NCBI GenBank assembly: GCA_963664195.1
Contig: OY760907.1
Location: forward strand, 2,080,001-2,144,000
Source of the DNA: an uncultured candidate division Zixibacteria bacterium
GTDB lineage: Bacteria > Zixibacteria > MSB-5A5 > GN15 > FEB-12
Length of the DNA: 64,000 bases
Direction: 5' to 3'
Of the stretch, positions 50,743 through 60,405 are shown piece after piece (position 1 is the first letter of the stretch; the number at the start of each line of letters is the position of its first letter). The position numbers and the translations under genes were made by a program. The notes under the pieces are model-generated. The model had not been told where the DNA came from. It was given only the letters and a program-made list of their open reading frames with translations, and ran no database searches.

Positions 50743-51609
50743 ATGAATAGTCTGAAAGTCTTTATGTTAATGCTGGTCCTCATGGCTGTGTTCGTGGGGG
50801 TAGGCTATCTTGCCGGTGGCCAGGGCGGAATGGTGATAGCGTTCGTGCTCGCGACTGCCATGAATTTCTTTTCCTACTGGTACTCAGACAAACTCGTTTT
50901 GAAAATGTACAAGGCACGTGAAGTGTCCGAGAGCGATCATCCTCGTCTGTACGGAGTCGTCAGGCGCATAACAACAGCGGCCATGATGCCGATGCCGAAA
51001 GTATATGTGGTACCGTCGCGGGCACCTAATGCATTTGCCACGGGTCGTGATGCCGACCATGCGGCGGTTGCTGCTACCGAAGGATTGCTGGAGATTCTCA
51101 CCGAGGACGAACTTGAAGGTGTCATGGGACACGAGATCGCCCATGTCCAGAATAAGGATATGCTGATTGGAACCATCGCGGCAACTTTTGCCGGCGCCAT
51201 TGGTATTTTGTCTATGGTGGCCCGCTGGGGTGCTATCTTCGGCGGCTATGGACGGAGCAATGACCGTGGCGGGGGAATCGGATTGCTGGTTGCCGCTCTT
51301 GTGGCGCCTCTGGTTGCGCTGCTCATACAGACGGCGATTTCCAGACAGCGCGAATACAAAGCCGATGCCCGCGGCGGTGAATTGACCGGCAAACACGAGT
51401 CGCTGGCCACGGCGCTTGAAAAGCTGCACCGTTCACCCGTGCAGCTTCGGCTGGACGAAAGACCGGGAACCGCGAATCTGATGATCATAAATCCGCTTTC
51501 CGGCAAGGGGCTTTCCTCAATGTTTTCGACTCATCCTCCGGTCGCGGAACGAGTCGAACGCCTCCGAAAACTTGCAAAGGATACTCGCTATTCAGGTCAT
51601 GTCAGATAA
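50743..51609 (+). CDS. htpX: Zinc metalloprotease HtpX (M48)
   Basis: PNAFATGR, HEIAH, SRQREYKAD, FSTHPP. Confidence 0.93.
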   Translation: MNSLKVFMLMLVLMAVFVGVGYLAGGQGGMVIAFVLATAMNFFSYWYSDKLVLKMYKAREVSESDHPRLYGVVRRITTAAMMPMPKVYVVPSRAPNAFATGRDADHAAVAATEGLLEILTEDELEGVMGHEIAHVQNKDMLIGTIAATFAGAIGILSMVARWGAIFGGYGRSNDRGGGIGLLVAALVAPLVALLIQTAISRQREYKADARGGELTGKHESLATALEKLHRSPVQLRLDERPGTANLMIINPLSGKGLSSMFSTHPPVAERVERLRKLAKDTRYSGHVR

Positions 51610-51665
51610 AGAACCCGAAGGCAGTAGTCATCAACGCGTCGCCCTCCAGATTGCGGCAGGTCTGA

Positions 51666-52985
51666 ATGGATAGTCACCTGATAGTGGAATTGGTGGCCAT
51701 ATTCCTGCTGGTGCTTGCCAACAGCTTCTTCGCTCTGGCCGAATTCTCTATTATTGCGAGCCGTTCCAGCCGATTGAAGCAGCGACGGGTCGCGGGGAAA
51801 ATGGGTGCGGCCGCGGCAGAGAAACTCAGCCGTAATCCTGAGAGGTTTTTGGCGTCGATTCAGGTCGGCATTACGCTCGTTGCGGCCATGCTGGGTGTTT
51901 TTTCCGGTGCCACGATGGTGGAAGAGCTTGGTGCTTTTTTCAGCCAAGCGCAAATACCGTTTATTGTCGAGTCGGCCAAGTCGATTTCGGTTGTTGTTGT
52001 CGTGCTGGCTATTACCGTGTTGTCTGTGGTGCTCGGTGAATTGGTGCCGAAATACATGGCCCTTGCCGCACCAGAACGGTTTGCTCGATACATCGCCGGT
52101 CCTATCAGCATCTTTGTCGCTCTGTCCAGTCCGTTCTCTCGAGGGTTGAGTGCCATTGCCGGTCTCATAGTGCGGATGTTCGGGCTGGGGCGCGACACGA
52201 ACCGCGAGGCGGTTACAGAAGACGAGATCAATCAGATGATTGTCGAAGGGCGCAAGACCGGCGTTTTTGAGCTGGCCGAGCAGCACTTCATTCGATCTGT
52301 GTTTGAGTTCACCGACTCGCCGTGCAGTCGGGCCATGACACCAAGGCCCGACGTTGTCGGGATCGAGCGTTCTGCCCGCACCGAGGAGATTATCCGCGCC
52401 ATTATCGATGACGGGTACAGTCGATATCCGATTTATGAGGCGACTATCGACCATGTTGTGGGGATCATTTATACCAAGGATCTCATAGCCAGGAAACTTG
52501 ATTTCGACAAGATTGATCTCGACTCGATCGTTCGAGAGCCTGTTTTTGTCCCTGATTCCATGCCGCTTCCGAAATTGCTGCGCGACTTCCAGAGAGGCAA
52601 GAATCACATGGCCATCGTGCTTGACGAGTTCGGCGGCACTGCCGGAGTGATTACGCTTGAGGATGTGCTCGAGGAACTCGTTGGTGAGATACAGGATGAA
52701 TATGATGCCGAGGCGGCGCCAATAATCAAGCATTCCGACTCTGTCGTATTCGCCAACGGCGAGGTCTGGCCCGGGGAAATAAACGAAGTGCTTGATTCGC
52801 ATCTTCCCGAAGATGATGTCGATACGCTGGCCGGTCTGTATATGGATACCACCGGAACCCTTCCTGACAAGTATGATTCGACCCGGATTGCCGATGTGCG
52901 TTTGACGATTCTGGCCAAGAGCGAAAACCGGATACTCCGCCTGAAACTGGAAAAACTGCCCTCTGTAGATGCCCGCCGGAGATAA
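51666..52985 (+). CDS. CNNM/hemolysin-family protein (DUF21, CBS pair, CorC)
   Basis: FFALAEFS, FLASIQVGIT, GELVPK, MTPRPD, YSRYPIY, LDEFGGTAG.ITLEDVLEELVGEI.DEYD. Confidence 0.92.
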   Translation: MDSHLIVELVAIFLLVLANSFFALAEFSIIASRSSRLKQRRVAGKMGAAAAEKLSRNPERFLASIQVGITLVAAMLGVFSGATMVEELGAFFSQAQIPFIVESAKSISVVVVVLAITVLSVVLGELVPKYMALAAPERFARYIAGPISIFVALSSPFSRGLSAIAGLIVRMFGLGRDTNREAVTEDEINQMIVEGRKTGVFELAEQHFIRSVFEFTDSPCSRAMTPRPDVVGIERSARTEEIIRAIIDDGYSRYPIYEATIDHVVGIIYTKDLIARKLDFDKIDLDSIVREPVFVPDSMPLPKLLRDFQRGKNHMAIVLDEFGGTAGVITLEDVLEELVGEIQDEYDAEAAPIIKHSDSVVFANGEVWPGEINEVLDSHLPEDDVDTLAGLYMDTTGTLPDKYDSTRIADVRLTILAKSENRILRLKLEKLPSVDARRR

Positions 52986-52986
52986 G

Positions 52987-53676
52987 ATGAGCCGAAATGA
53001 ATCCGCTGCCATGTCCCTGCTGACTGCTCCCCTGAGATGGACCAGACGCCTCTACGATTGGATGCTGAGCTGGGGAAACTCGAAACATGGTCTGCGAGCG
53101 CTGTTTCTCCTCTCTCTGGCTGAGGCTTCTTTTTTCCCGGTTCCGCCCGACGCGCTGCTAATCGCGCTGTGCATGGGGGCGCATAAGAAGTGGAAGCGGT
53201 TTGCCCTGATATGCTCTATAGGATCGGTGATTGGCGGTGCTGTTGGTTATGCTATCGGGTATGGAGCCTTCGATCTCATCGGCAGCAAAATACTTGAATG
53301 GATTGCGGCTATCTCCGGAACGGAATCCGGACAGATGCTTGACACGGCCCGGTACTGGTTCAACGAGAAAGAGGTTTACGGCATGAGAGTCGGGGCATGG
53401 GCGGTCGGGATCGCCGGATTTACGCCGATTCCTTACAAGGTTTTTACTATTGCCGCCGGTTTTTTCAAGATGTCGTTTCCGGTGTTCATGCTCGCCTCGG
53501 CGATTTCGCGTTCATTGCGCTTTTTTGCCGTGGCCGGGTGCATAGGGCTGCTGTTTGAGAAGTACGGACCAAGGATCGAGAAGGCAATCGACAAGTATTT
53601 TAACCTCCTGGCGGTCGGGTTTGTGGTTCTGCTGGTGTTGGGTTTTGCCTCTCTGAAACTGCTCGGAGGCGACTAG
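52987..53676 (+). CDS. YqaA/VTT (DedA-superfamily) membrane protein
   Basis: EASFFPVPPD, GFTPIPYKVFTIAAG, SRSLRFF; start may be 53011. Confidence 0.88.
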   Translation: MSRNESAAMSLLTAPLRWTRRLYDWMLSWGNSKHGLRALFLLSLAEASFFPVPPDALLIALCMGAHKKWKRFALICSIGSVIGGAVGYAIGYGAFDLIGSKILEWIAAISGTESGQMLDTARYWFNEKEVYGMRVGAWAVGIAGFTPIPYKVFTIAAGFFKMSFPVFMLASAISRSLRFFAVAGCIGLLFEKYGPRIEKAIDKYFNLLAVGFVVLLVLGFASLKLLGGD

Positions 53677-53773
53677 CGGACCTCCTCAAGTTGTGGTAGG
53701 CATTCTGCTGGTTTCTTACTACCTTCCTTCCCATAGATATGGACCACATAAAGACACTTGGAGAGAGAGTGCT

Positions 53774-55168
53774 GTGCCGGGGAAACCTATTGCAGCCTCA
53801 CCACTGGAACTAACCTTGAGTAATAAAATAGTAGAACTGGAAATCGAAGATCTGGCGTTTGACGGCAAGTCGGTCGCACATCTGGACGGTAAAGTAGTTT
53901 TCCTCAACGGCGGACTGCCGGGGGAAATGGTAGTGGCGGAAATCACTCGCTCCAAACCGCGATATAACCAGGCAATCGTTAGAGAGATCACCAGAAAGTG
54001 TGATGCCCGCATACCGGCAATCTGTTCGCATGACGATCACTGCGGCGGGTGCACCTGGCAGGACTTGAACTACGAAGACCAACTTGCTTTCAAGAAGAAG
54101 CAGGTAGTGGAATCAATATCCCGTATCGGCGGGTTGGAAGATGTGACGGTCACCGACGTCATCCCTTCGAAGGAAGTCTTTCGCTATCGTAACAAGATGG
54201 AATTCTCGTTTCATACGACCCCGGACGGCGCGTTCACGCTCGGTTTGCACCGTCGCGGTTGTTTCGACGATATTTTTGATTTGCAGGCCTGTTTTCTCCA
54301 GTCGGAGACGGCCAACCAGATCGTCCACCGGGTGCGGAATTTTGTTACGGAAGAAGAGATTCCTGTCTACGACGTGTTCAAGCATACCGGTTATATGCGC
54401 TTTCTGGTGATTCGAGAGGCCAAACAGACGGGCCAGTTGATGGTGAATGTGGTTACCAATTTTGGCGAGATGCCGGCGGTTGAGAAGCTGGTTGCCGGGT
54501 TGACGGCTGAATTCCCGTCGCTTACCACGATCGTGCATTGCGAAAACGGCAAGAAATCCAACATAGCGGTGGCAGAAAAAGAGGAGGTTCTGTACGGCCC
54601 GGGGTATATCGAGGAGAAGCTGTTTGACCGGGTGTTCCGGATCAGTGCCAATTCGTTTTTCCAGACCAACTCGCTTCAAACCGAAGTTCTGTACCAGACC
54701 GGATTCGATCTGCTCAGACCTGAAGGCACAGAGCGGCTTCTAGATTTGTACTGTGGGACCGGATCAATCGGTTTGTTGTTGGCGTCACGGGTGCGTGAGG
54801 TGATCGGTGTGGAGTTGGTTGGCGACGCTATTCTTCGGGCACGTGAGAACGCGGAGATAAACGACATTCAAAACGCAGAATTCTTTGAGGCCAACACGAA
54901 GGATTTCCTCAAGGCACTTGACCCGGATGAACGGGATTTCGATATCGTAGTTATTGATCCGCCGCGTGCCGGGCTGCATCCGAAAGCGCTGAAGCGCACG
55001 ATAGGGCTTGCACCCCGGAAACTGCTGTACATTTCGTGCAACCCGGCCACATTTGCGCGTGATGCCGGCGATTTGTGTGCGGCGGGATACCGCATATCGG
55101 AGGTGAAACCTGTGGACATGTTTCCGCATACAAAGCACATAGAAGTAGTTGCGCTTTTTAGTCGATAG
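53774..55168 (+). CDS. rlmD: 23S rRNA (uracil-C5)-methyltransferase RlmD
   Basis: TRAM domain, C.....CGGC.WQ, YRNKMEF, SFFQTN, DLYCGTG, DPPRAG, YISCNP, DMFPHT.HIE; start uncertain (53774 or 53816). Confidence 0.92.
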   Translation: MPGKPIAASPLELTLSNKIVELEIEDLAFDGKSVAHLDGKVVFLNGGLPGEMVVAEITRSKPRYNQAIVREITRKCDARIPAICSHDDHCGGCTWQDLNYEDQLAFKKKQVVESISRIGGLEDVTVTDVIPSKEVFRYRNKMEFSFHTTPDGAFTLGLHRRGCFDDIFDLQACFLQSETANQIVHRVRNFVTEEEIPVYDVFKHTGYMRFLVIREAKQTGQLMVNVVTNFGEMPAVEKLVAGLTAEFPSLTTIVHCENGKKSNIAVAEKEEVLYGPGYIEEKLFDRVFRISANSFFQTNSLQTEVLYQTGFDLLRPEGTERLLDLYCGTGSIGLLLASRVREVIGVELVGDAILRARENAEINDIQNAEFFEANTKDFLKALDPDERDFDIVVIDPPRAGLHPKALKRTIGLAPRKLLYISCNPATFARDAGDLCAAGYRISEVKPVDMFPHTKHIEVVALFSR

Positions 55169-55230
55169 CGGGGACTTGCGCCGGTGATTGTTTTGACATT
55201 ACTTGCCGATTCTACTTTCAAGGAGGACAG

Positions 55231-56949
55231 ATGAGTCGCAGGACAGTATTCGCGCTGATGGTTTGGTCGCTGGCCCTTCTGCTTGCTGGCAGTGCCAATG
55301 CGGGCAGCAAGAAGCAAAATCTCGACGAGCTTTCAGCGGAGATTCTTGAGTCGCTTCAATCCTTTTATCCGGTGAATGCTACCGGTATGGGGATTCACGC
55401 CTACGATCACCGTCTGGCCGATTTTTCTTCCAAGTCCGTCAATAATATGCGCAAGAAGCTTGATGATTACTCTCGCAAGCTCTACAAATATCGTAATACG
55501 ACGCTCTCGACCGAGGATCGGATCAATTACCAGTTGATCAATTCCAACGTCAATATCGCTCTGCTCGATCTCAAGCAGATCAAATGGCATACGAAATCGC
55601 CGCAGTTGTATATCGACGAAGCCGTCAATGGGATATACTTCCTGATGCTCTCGAAACACGCGCCGATGTCCGAGAAACTCTACTCGATATTAGCTCGCAT
55701 GAAAGCGGTTCCGGCACTAGTCGCCACCGCCCGGAAAAACATCCAGAAGCCGCCGGAAGTGTATCTTGATCTGGCCGGAGAATCACTGGAATCAGCTATC
55801 CGGTTCTACCATGAAGTGGCCGGTGAGTTGATGAATCAATTCCCGGACCGAGCCGATGAAATCCTTCGCGTGTCAACCGCCGCCCGCGAGGCGATGAGTG
55901 ATTTTGCGATTTATCTGTCGAGTATCGAACCAGGCGACCCAACCTCGTTTGCAATCGGCAAGAAGAACTATGATTATATGCTGGAACAGCAGTTTTTCCT
56001 CGATATAGACTCCGATTCGCTGCTCAAGATAGGTGAGAGCCTTCTGGCCGCCGCGGACGAAGAGTACAGGCAATATGAGGAGTATGTTGAGGAGAATTAC
56101 CAGAACGGCAAGGATTCGGTCTTCGTGCCGGCCAGTTTCTGTCGCCAGGACATTCTGGACTACTACCAGTGGGAAACCGATCAGGTACGAGTGTTTATAG
56201 AAGAGAACGATCTGATAACGATTCCGGAAGATATCGCTCCCGTGACGGTAGTAGAGACGCCTGCGTTCCTTCGCTCAATGATTGGCGGCATTGCCTACCA
56301 GCCGGCCGGACCGTTCGATGAAAACCAGAACGGCTATTTCTATATCCGTCCAGTGCCAGAGGATCTCGATGCCAGCCAGTTGGCCGCCAGATATCGTTAC
56401 GTGCACCGTCGCGGCTTCAAAGGCTCTGTGGTCCACGAAGCATATCCGGGGCACCACCTGCAGATGCAGTTGGCCGGACGGCACGAACACCCTGTGCGCA
56501 GATGGCAAATGAACAATATGTTCTGCGAAGGCTGGGCACTCTATTGCGAAGAGATGATGTACGCCGCCGGACTATACGGAGACGAAGATCCCTCGCAGTG
56601 GCTGGCGATCCTGGGCGGAATTCGATTCCGCGCCGCGCGTATAGTGGCTGATGTCAAACTGCACACAGGTCAGTTTACGTTTGAAGAATGCGTGGACTGG
56701 ATGATCGACGTGCTTGATGCTGACACTGAATCAGCGAAAGAGTATCACCGGACAATGGTGCGCAAGTACACTCTCACCCCGACAGTCTGGATGTCTTACC
56801 TGATGGGCAAGCAGGAGATCGAACGGCTGCACGATGCCGCAATGGCTCGTCCGGATATGTACGGCTCAGAGCGGGAATTCCACGACGCTTTGTTGTCTGA
56901 GGGCACAATTCCGCCGGCGCTTCTCTGGGATGCGCTCGGGCTGAAGTAG
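55231..56949 (+). CDS. DUF885-family exported protein (putative zinc peptidase)
   Basis: AGGAGG RBS, signal peptide, HEAYPGHHLQ, EGWALYCE, R.VAD.KLH, SYLMG, FHD.LL..G. Confidence 0.88.
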   Translation: MSRRTVFALMVWSLALLLAGSANAGSKKQNLDELSAEILESLQSFYPVNATGMGIHAYDHRLADFSSKSVNNMRKKLDDYSRKLYKYRNTTLSTEDRINYQLINSNVNIALLDLKQIKWHTKSPQLYIDEAVNGIYFLMLSKHAPMSEKLYSILARMKAVPALVATARKNIQKPPEVYLDLAGESLESAIRFYHEVAGELMNQFPDRADEILRVSTAAREAMSDFAIYLSSIEPGDPTSFAIGKKNYDYMLEQQFFLDIDSDSLLKIGESLLAAADEEYRQYEEYVEENYQNGKDSVFVPASFCRQDILDYYQWETDQVRVFIEENDLITIPEDIAPVTVVETPAFLRSMIGGIAYQPAGPFDENQNGYFYIRPVPEDLDASQLAARYRYVHRRGFKGSVVHEAYPGHHLQMQLAGRHEHPVRRWQMNNMFCEGWALYCEEMMYAAGLYGDEDPSQWLAILGGIRFRAARIVADVKLHTGQFTFEECVDWMIDVLDADTESAKEYHRTMVRKYTLTPTVWMSYLMGKQEIERLHDAAMARPDMYGSEREFHDALLSEGTIPPALLWDALGLK

Positions 56950-56972
56950 ACCGATTCGGCAAAACGACTATC

Positions 56973-57004
56973 AAAGGGCACCTCGGGTGCCCTTTCTTGT
57001 TTTC
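56973..57004 (+). terminator. Intrinsic terminator
   Basis: AAAGGGCACC-TCG-GGTGCCCTTT followed by a T-rich tail. Confidence 0.8.
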
Positions 57005-57174
57005 TCTAATTCGTTGTCCCGTAATATCATTGCCCGTTGCGTGGAAAAGTACGGCTGGAGCGGCTTTACGGCCTCTCGCGGCTGTTTTTCAACTCTCTCT
57101 CCGGCAACCGGATAGGAGTGCAGTCTACGATTTTTCCTTTTTCTCGACCGGAAGTTGTTGTATATTATTGACCT

Positions 57175-57663
57175 ATGGCTGATAAACTCATGTGGGCGCC
57201 TTGGCGGTCTGCCTTCATCCTGGGCAAAAAAGAAAAAGGATGCATCTTCTGCAACCGGATCAAGATGACAGATTCTGTGAAGAATCTCATCGTGTATCGG
57301 GGCGAAAAAGCATTTGTCATTCTCAACAAGTTCCCGTACAACACCGGTCATGCGATGATTGTGCCGTACCGTCATATCGGTGCGCTCGAGAAGCTGACTC
57401 CGGCCGAAGCGCAGGAGATCATGGCGTTGACACAAAAGACGGTCGTGGCGATCAAACGGACCATGAAACCGCAGTCTCTGAATGTGGGTATGAATCTGGG
57501 TCGACAGGCTGGAGCCGGAGTGCCGGGGCATCTTCATCAACATGTAGTCCCGCGCTGGAACGGCGACACGAATTTCATGCCAGTGCTCGGCAAAACGCAC
57601 GTCGTATCGATTCCGCTCGAACCGATTTATGATCTGCTCCGGAAAGAGCTGAACAAGGGATGA
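57175..57663 (+). CDS. HIT-family nucleotide hydrolase (Ap4A hydrolase/phosphorylase-like)
   Basis: WAPWR, CIFC, LNKFPYNTGH, G.NLG..AGAG, HLHQHVVPRW.GD.NFMP. Confidence 0.9.
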   Translation: MADKLMWAPWRSAFILGKKEKGCIFCNRIKMTDSVKNLIVYRGEKAFVILNKFPYNTGHAMIVPYRHIGALEKLTPAEAQEIMALTQKTVVAIKRTMKPQSLNVGMNLGRQAGAGVPGHLHQHVVPRWNGDTNFMPVLGKTHVVSIPLEPIYDLLRKELNKG

Positions 57664-59315
57664 AGAAGCGCCAGAAAATCCCGACCAAGACCGAATTGCT
57701 GCAGCTTCAGAAACTGTACAAGACCGATGAGCGTATCGGTGAGCGGCTTGGCGGAGTTCCCGCGTACCTCGTGGCGTATTGGCGTCGCAAGAAAAACATC
57801 CCGAAATACTCGCTGCCCAAGTTCTCCGAGAAAGAAGTTCGTGACTTGTGGGAACGGTACGGCGACGACGAAAAGAGTGGACTCGAACTTGGCATCAGCA
57901 AAGCGGCCTTTTATAACTGGCGTCGGCGCTACGGCATCAAAGAGAAGCCGGCGTTTCTGAAGCTTGAACAACTCGAGCTGAATTTCCCCGGCAGCAAGCT
58001 TCCGGTGCAGGCCAGTTCTCTGTACGGTCAGCGCTGCATGGTGCAGAAGATTCTCGCTCGGGTGGCCGATGTCGAAAAGGTTGAGATAGGCGAGGAAATC
58101 GAGTTCGAGCCAGATCTGGTCACCTGTTCCGGTGAGTCTGCCAGAGTCATTGATCTCTTCAAAGAGCGCGGCACGGAATACGTCTGGAATCCCAACAAAA
58201 TAGTCTTGACGCTCAATAATGGTTGCGTCCACGACGGTCACTCCGGTGCCGCCGGCAATCGCGTTGTGCGGGAGTTTGCACGCCGTCAGGGAATAAAGAT
58301 GTTCTACGACGTGGGAGAGGGGTTCTGCCACCAGCTCATAGTGGAAAAGGGGCATGTTCGTCCCGGTCAGTTTGCACTCGGCACGTCAGAGCAGATGTCT
58401 TCATTTGGCTGTGTGTCCGCGATGGCCGCACCGATTGATGACACCGTTATGGCGGGGCTGTGGGCGACCGGAAAACACGCCATAACAGTACCGGAGACGA
58501 TTCGTATAACGGTGAGCGGACGGCGATATCGCGGGGCCTATGCTACCGACATTGCGCTTTCGATTATACAGCAGTTGGGAGAAGATGCGGCGACCGGGAA
58601 GGTCATAGAATACGCGGGATCGACGATTTCGCAGATGAGTATCGGTGAGCGTCTGGCACTCAGCAGTCTTTCTTGTGCTACCGGTGCTCTTGCCGCGATC
58701 TGCACCTACGATGCCACTACGAGGCGGTTCCTGACCGGGCGCACAATAACCCGTTACCAGCCGATTCTCCCGGACAAAGATGCCGAATACAAAGATCTTT
58801 ACCAGACGAACATCGAGCAGTTGGTGCCACAGATTGCCAGTTGGGGCAACGGGCGGAAAATTCGACCGGTGGCGGAACTCGAAGAAACCGCGGTGCAGCA
58901 GGTCATTCTTGGTTCGGCGACCGCCGGACGGTTTGAGGACCTTCGGGTGGCCGCGGAGATCCTCAAATCCAAACAGGTGCACGAGGACTGTCGTCTGATC
59001 ATCCTGCCCGGTTCGCGTCGCGTTTATCTTGAAGCGCTCAAGAAGGGGCTGATTCGAGTATTCCTCGAAGCCGGGGCTATTGTCATGCACCCGGGCGCCT
59101 GTTTGCAGCAACTGGCCGGGGACAGATTCGTGGCCAAGGATGAACGCTGCCTGACAACCGTTGGACTCCCCGCTCCGACCAGTGCGACCGGTACGACCGG
59201 TGCGACCGGTGCGAATCAAGCGGACGGTCCCGAAATCTTCACGGTGTCGCCGGCAACCGCGGCCGCCTCGGCACTCAACGGTGTTATTACCGATCCTACT
59301 CGTTTCGTGCGCTAA
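57660..59315 (+). CDS. Tandem HTH domains fused to a degenerate LeuC/homoaconitase large-subunit domain
   Basis: Two ~45-aa HTH repeats, then an aconitase-family scaffold (MVQKILA, EGFCHQ, VPETIRI, IEY.G, ER, PD.DAEY, LVPQIA, GRFEDL, SPATAAASA..G.ITDP) with catalytic motifs eroded. Confidence 0.88.
   Translation: MKKRQKIPTKTELLQLQKLYKTDERIGERLGGVPAYLVAYWRRKKNIPKYSLPKFSEKEVRDLWERYGDDEKSGLELGISKAAFYNWRRRYGIKEKPAFLKLEQLELNFPGSKLPVQASSLYGQRCMVQKILARVADVEKVEIGEEIEFEPDLVTCSGESARVIDLFKERGTEYVWNPNKIVLTLNNGCVHDGHSGAAGNRVVREFARRQGIKMFYDVGEGFCHQLIVEKGHVRPGQFALGTSEQMSSFGCVSAMAAPIDDTVMAGLWATGKHAITVPETIRITVSGRRYRGAYATDIALSIIQQLGEDAATGKVIEYAGSTISQMSIGERLALSSLSCATGALAAICTYDATTRRFLTGRTITRYQPILPDKDAEYKDLYQTNIEQLVPQIASWGNGRKIRPVAELEETAVQQVILGSATAGRFEDLRVAAEILKSKQVHEDCRLIILPGSRRVYLEALKKGLIRVFLEAGAIVMHPGACLQQLAGDRFVAKDERCLTTVGLPAPTSATGTTGATGANQADGPEIFTVSPATAAASALNGVITDPTRFVR
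59176..59214 (+). repeat. In-frame 9-bp tandem repeat (about 4.3 copies)
   Basis: CGACCAGTG CGACCGGTA CGACCGGTG CGACCGGTG CGA, encoding TSATGTTGATGA. Confidence 0.85.
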
Positions 59316-59411
59316 AACAGTTGGCCGTCTTTCTTCGCCCGAGCCATTCCCCGACTTCTGTATTCCGTTTTTTTTGTTGAGCCTTCGCCCCTGTCTTCTT
59401 AGCCTGAAAAC

Positions 59412-60377
59412 ATGTCTGAGTCTCCGTCACAACGTCTTGATCTCAGCGACGAAGCCTTTCGTGGCCTACTCCTGCCGTATTGCCGTCTGCAGTCGGGCGA
59501 GGTCTGGTATGATCCGATCTCGGGTCATGTTGTCGCCTGCGGTGACTGCGCGGACACCGTGTTGATCGACTCCCTGGGGCTTCAGGACAAAGGCTCACTT
59601 GCGATCCAGGATCCGCCCTATAATCTGGTGGCATTCGAGGAACGGTCGGTCGAGGAATACATCGAATTCAGCAGACAGTGGATAGCCAACACGCGTCGTG
59701 TGTTGGCTGACGAAAGTGCGCTGTATGTTTGGTTAGGGGCCGACCAGAAGAAACACTTCCAGCCGTTGCCGCAGTTCATGAATATGATGGCTGAAACAGA
59801 TTTCGAATCGCGGTCGTTTATCACCATGCGCAACCAGCGCGGCTATGGTACTCGCAGGAACTGGATGGCCGTCCGTCAGGAGTTGCTGTACTACACTCTG
59901 GGGCAGCCCGAGTTTGATGTCCAGGTGACGGATATCCCGAAAATCCTTCGCGGTTACTATAAGGAAGTTGGGGGAGAGGTGGTCGAGAATCAGGCTCGAT
60001 CACACTCGGAGTGCATTCGTGCGAGTAACGTTTGGGTGGATGTTCAGCAGGTGTTTTATCGATTGGAAGAGAACGTCAACGGCTGCTACGCACAGAAACC
60101 TCTCAAGGCCATCGAGCGTATCGTGCGTGCCTCGTCCAAACCCGGAGACACGGTGCTTGATTTCTTCGCTCATGCAGGTACTACTCTGCTCGCCTGCGAA
60201 GGGCTGGGTCGGAAGTGTGCCACGCTTGATATTGATCCGTTGTTTGCGGAGATAACGATTCGTCGTCTGGAGCGTTTTCGCGAGACCGGCAAGACAGGCT
60301 GGCAGTTCGGTCATCCGTTTGAGCGGGAGTTGGGGGGACATCTCGATCTTGTGCCGCGAGTGTCTTCGCAGGTCTGA
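59412..60377 (+). CDS. Orphan N4-C/N6-A DNA methyltransferase (beta-class motif order)
   Basis: DPPYN before QKP and the SAM motif DFFAHAGTT; no adjacent nuclease. Confidence 0.85.
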   Translation: MSESPSQRLDLSDEAFRGLLLPYCRLQSGEVWYDPISGHVVACGDCADTVLIDSLGLQDKGSLAIQDPPYNLVAFEERSVEEYIEFSRQWIANTRRVLADESALYVWLGADQKKHFQPLPQFMNMMAETDFESRSFITMRNQRGYGTRRNWMAVRQELLYYTLGQPEFDVQVTDIPKILRGYYKEVGGEVVENQARSHSECIRASNVWVDVQQVFYRLEENVNGCYAQKPLKAIERIVRASSKPGDTVLDFFAHAGTTLLACEGLGRKCATLDIDPLFAEITIRRLERFRETGKTGWQFGHPFERELGGHLDLVPRVSSQV

Positions 60378-60390
60378 AGACAGACCTGCG
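60367..60390. repeat. REP-like palindrome at a convergent gene junction
   Basis: CGCAGGTCTG-AAGA-CAGACCTGCG; shares AGACCTGCGC with the 31.1-kb cluster. Confidence 0.6.
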
Positions 60391-60405
60391 CTGCGGGAGC
60401 CTGAA

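Noticed and set aside
57660..59315. Functional leuC, or a simple pseudogene
   Set aside because: Fe-S ligands and catalytic motifs are missing, so it is not an active LeuC. The 551-codon frame is intact, with conserved structural motifs and an added HTH pair, which argues against decay.
59412..60377. Complete restriction-modification system
   Set aside because: No endonuclease or specificity gene on either side.
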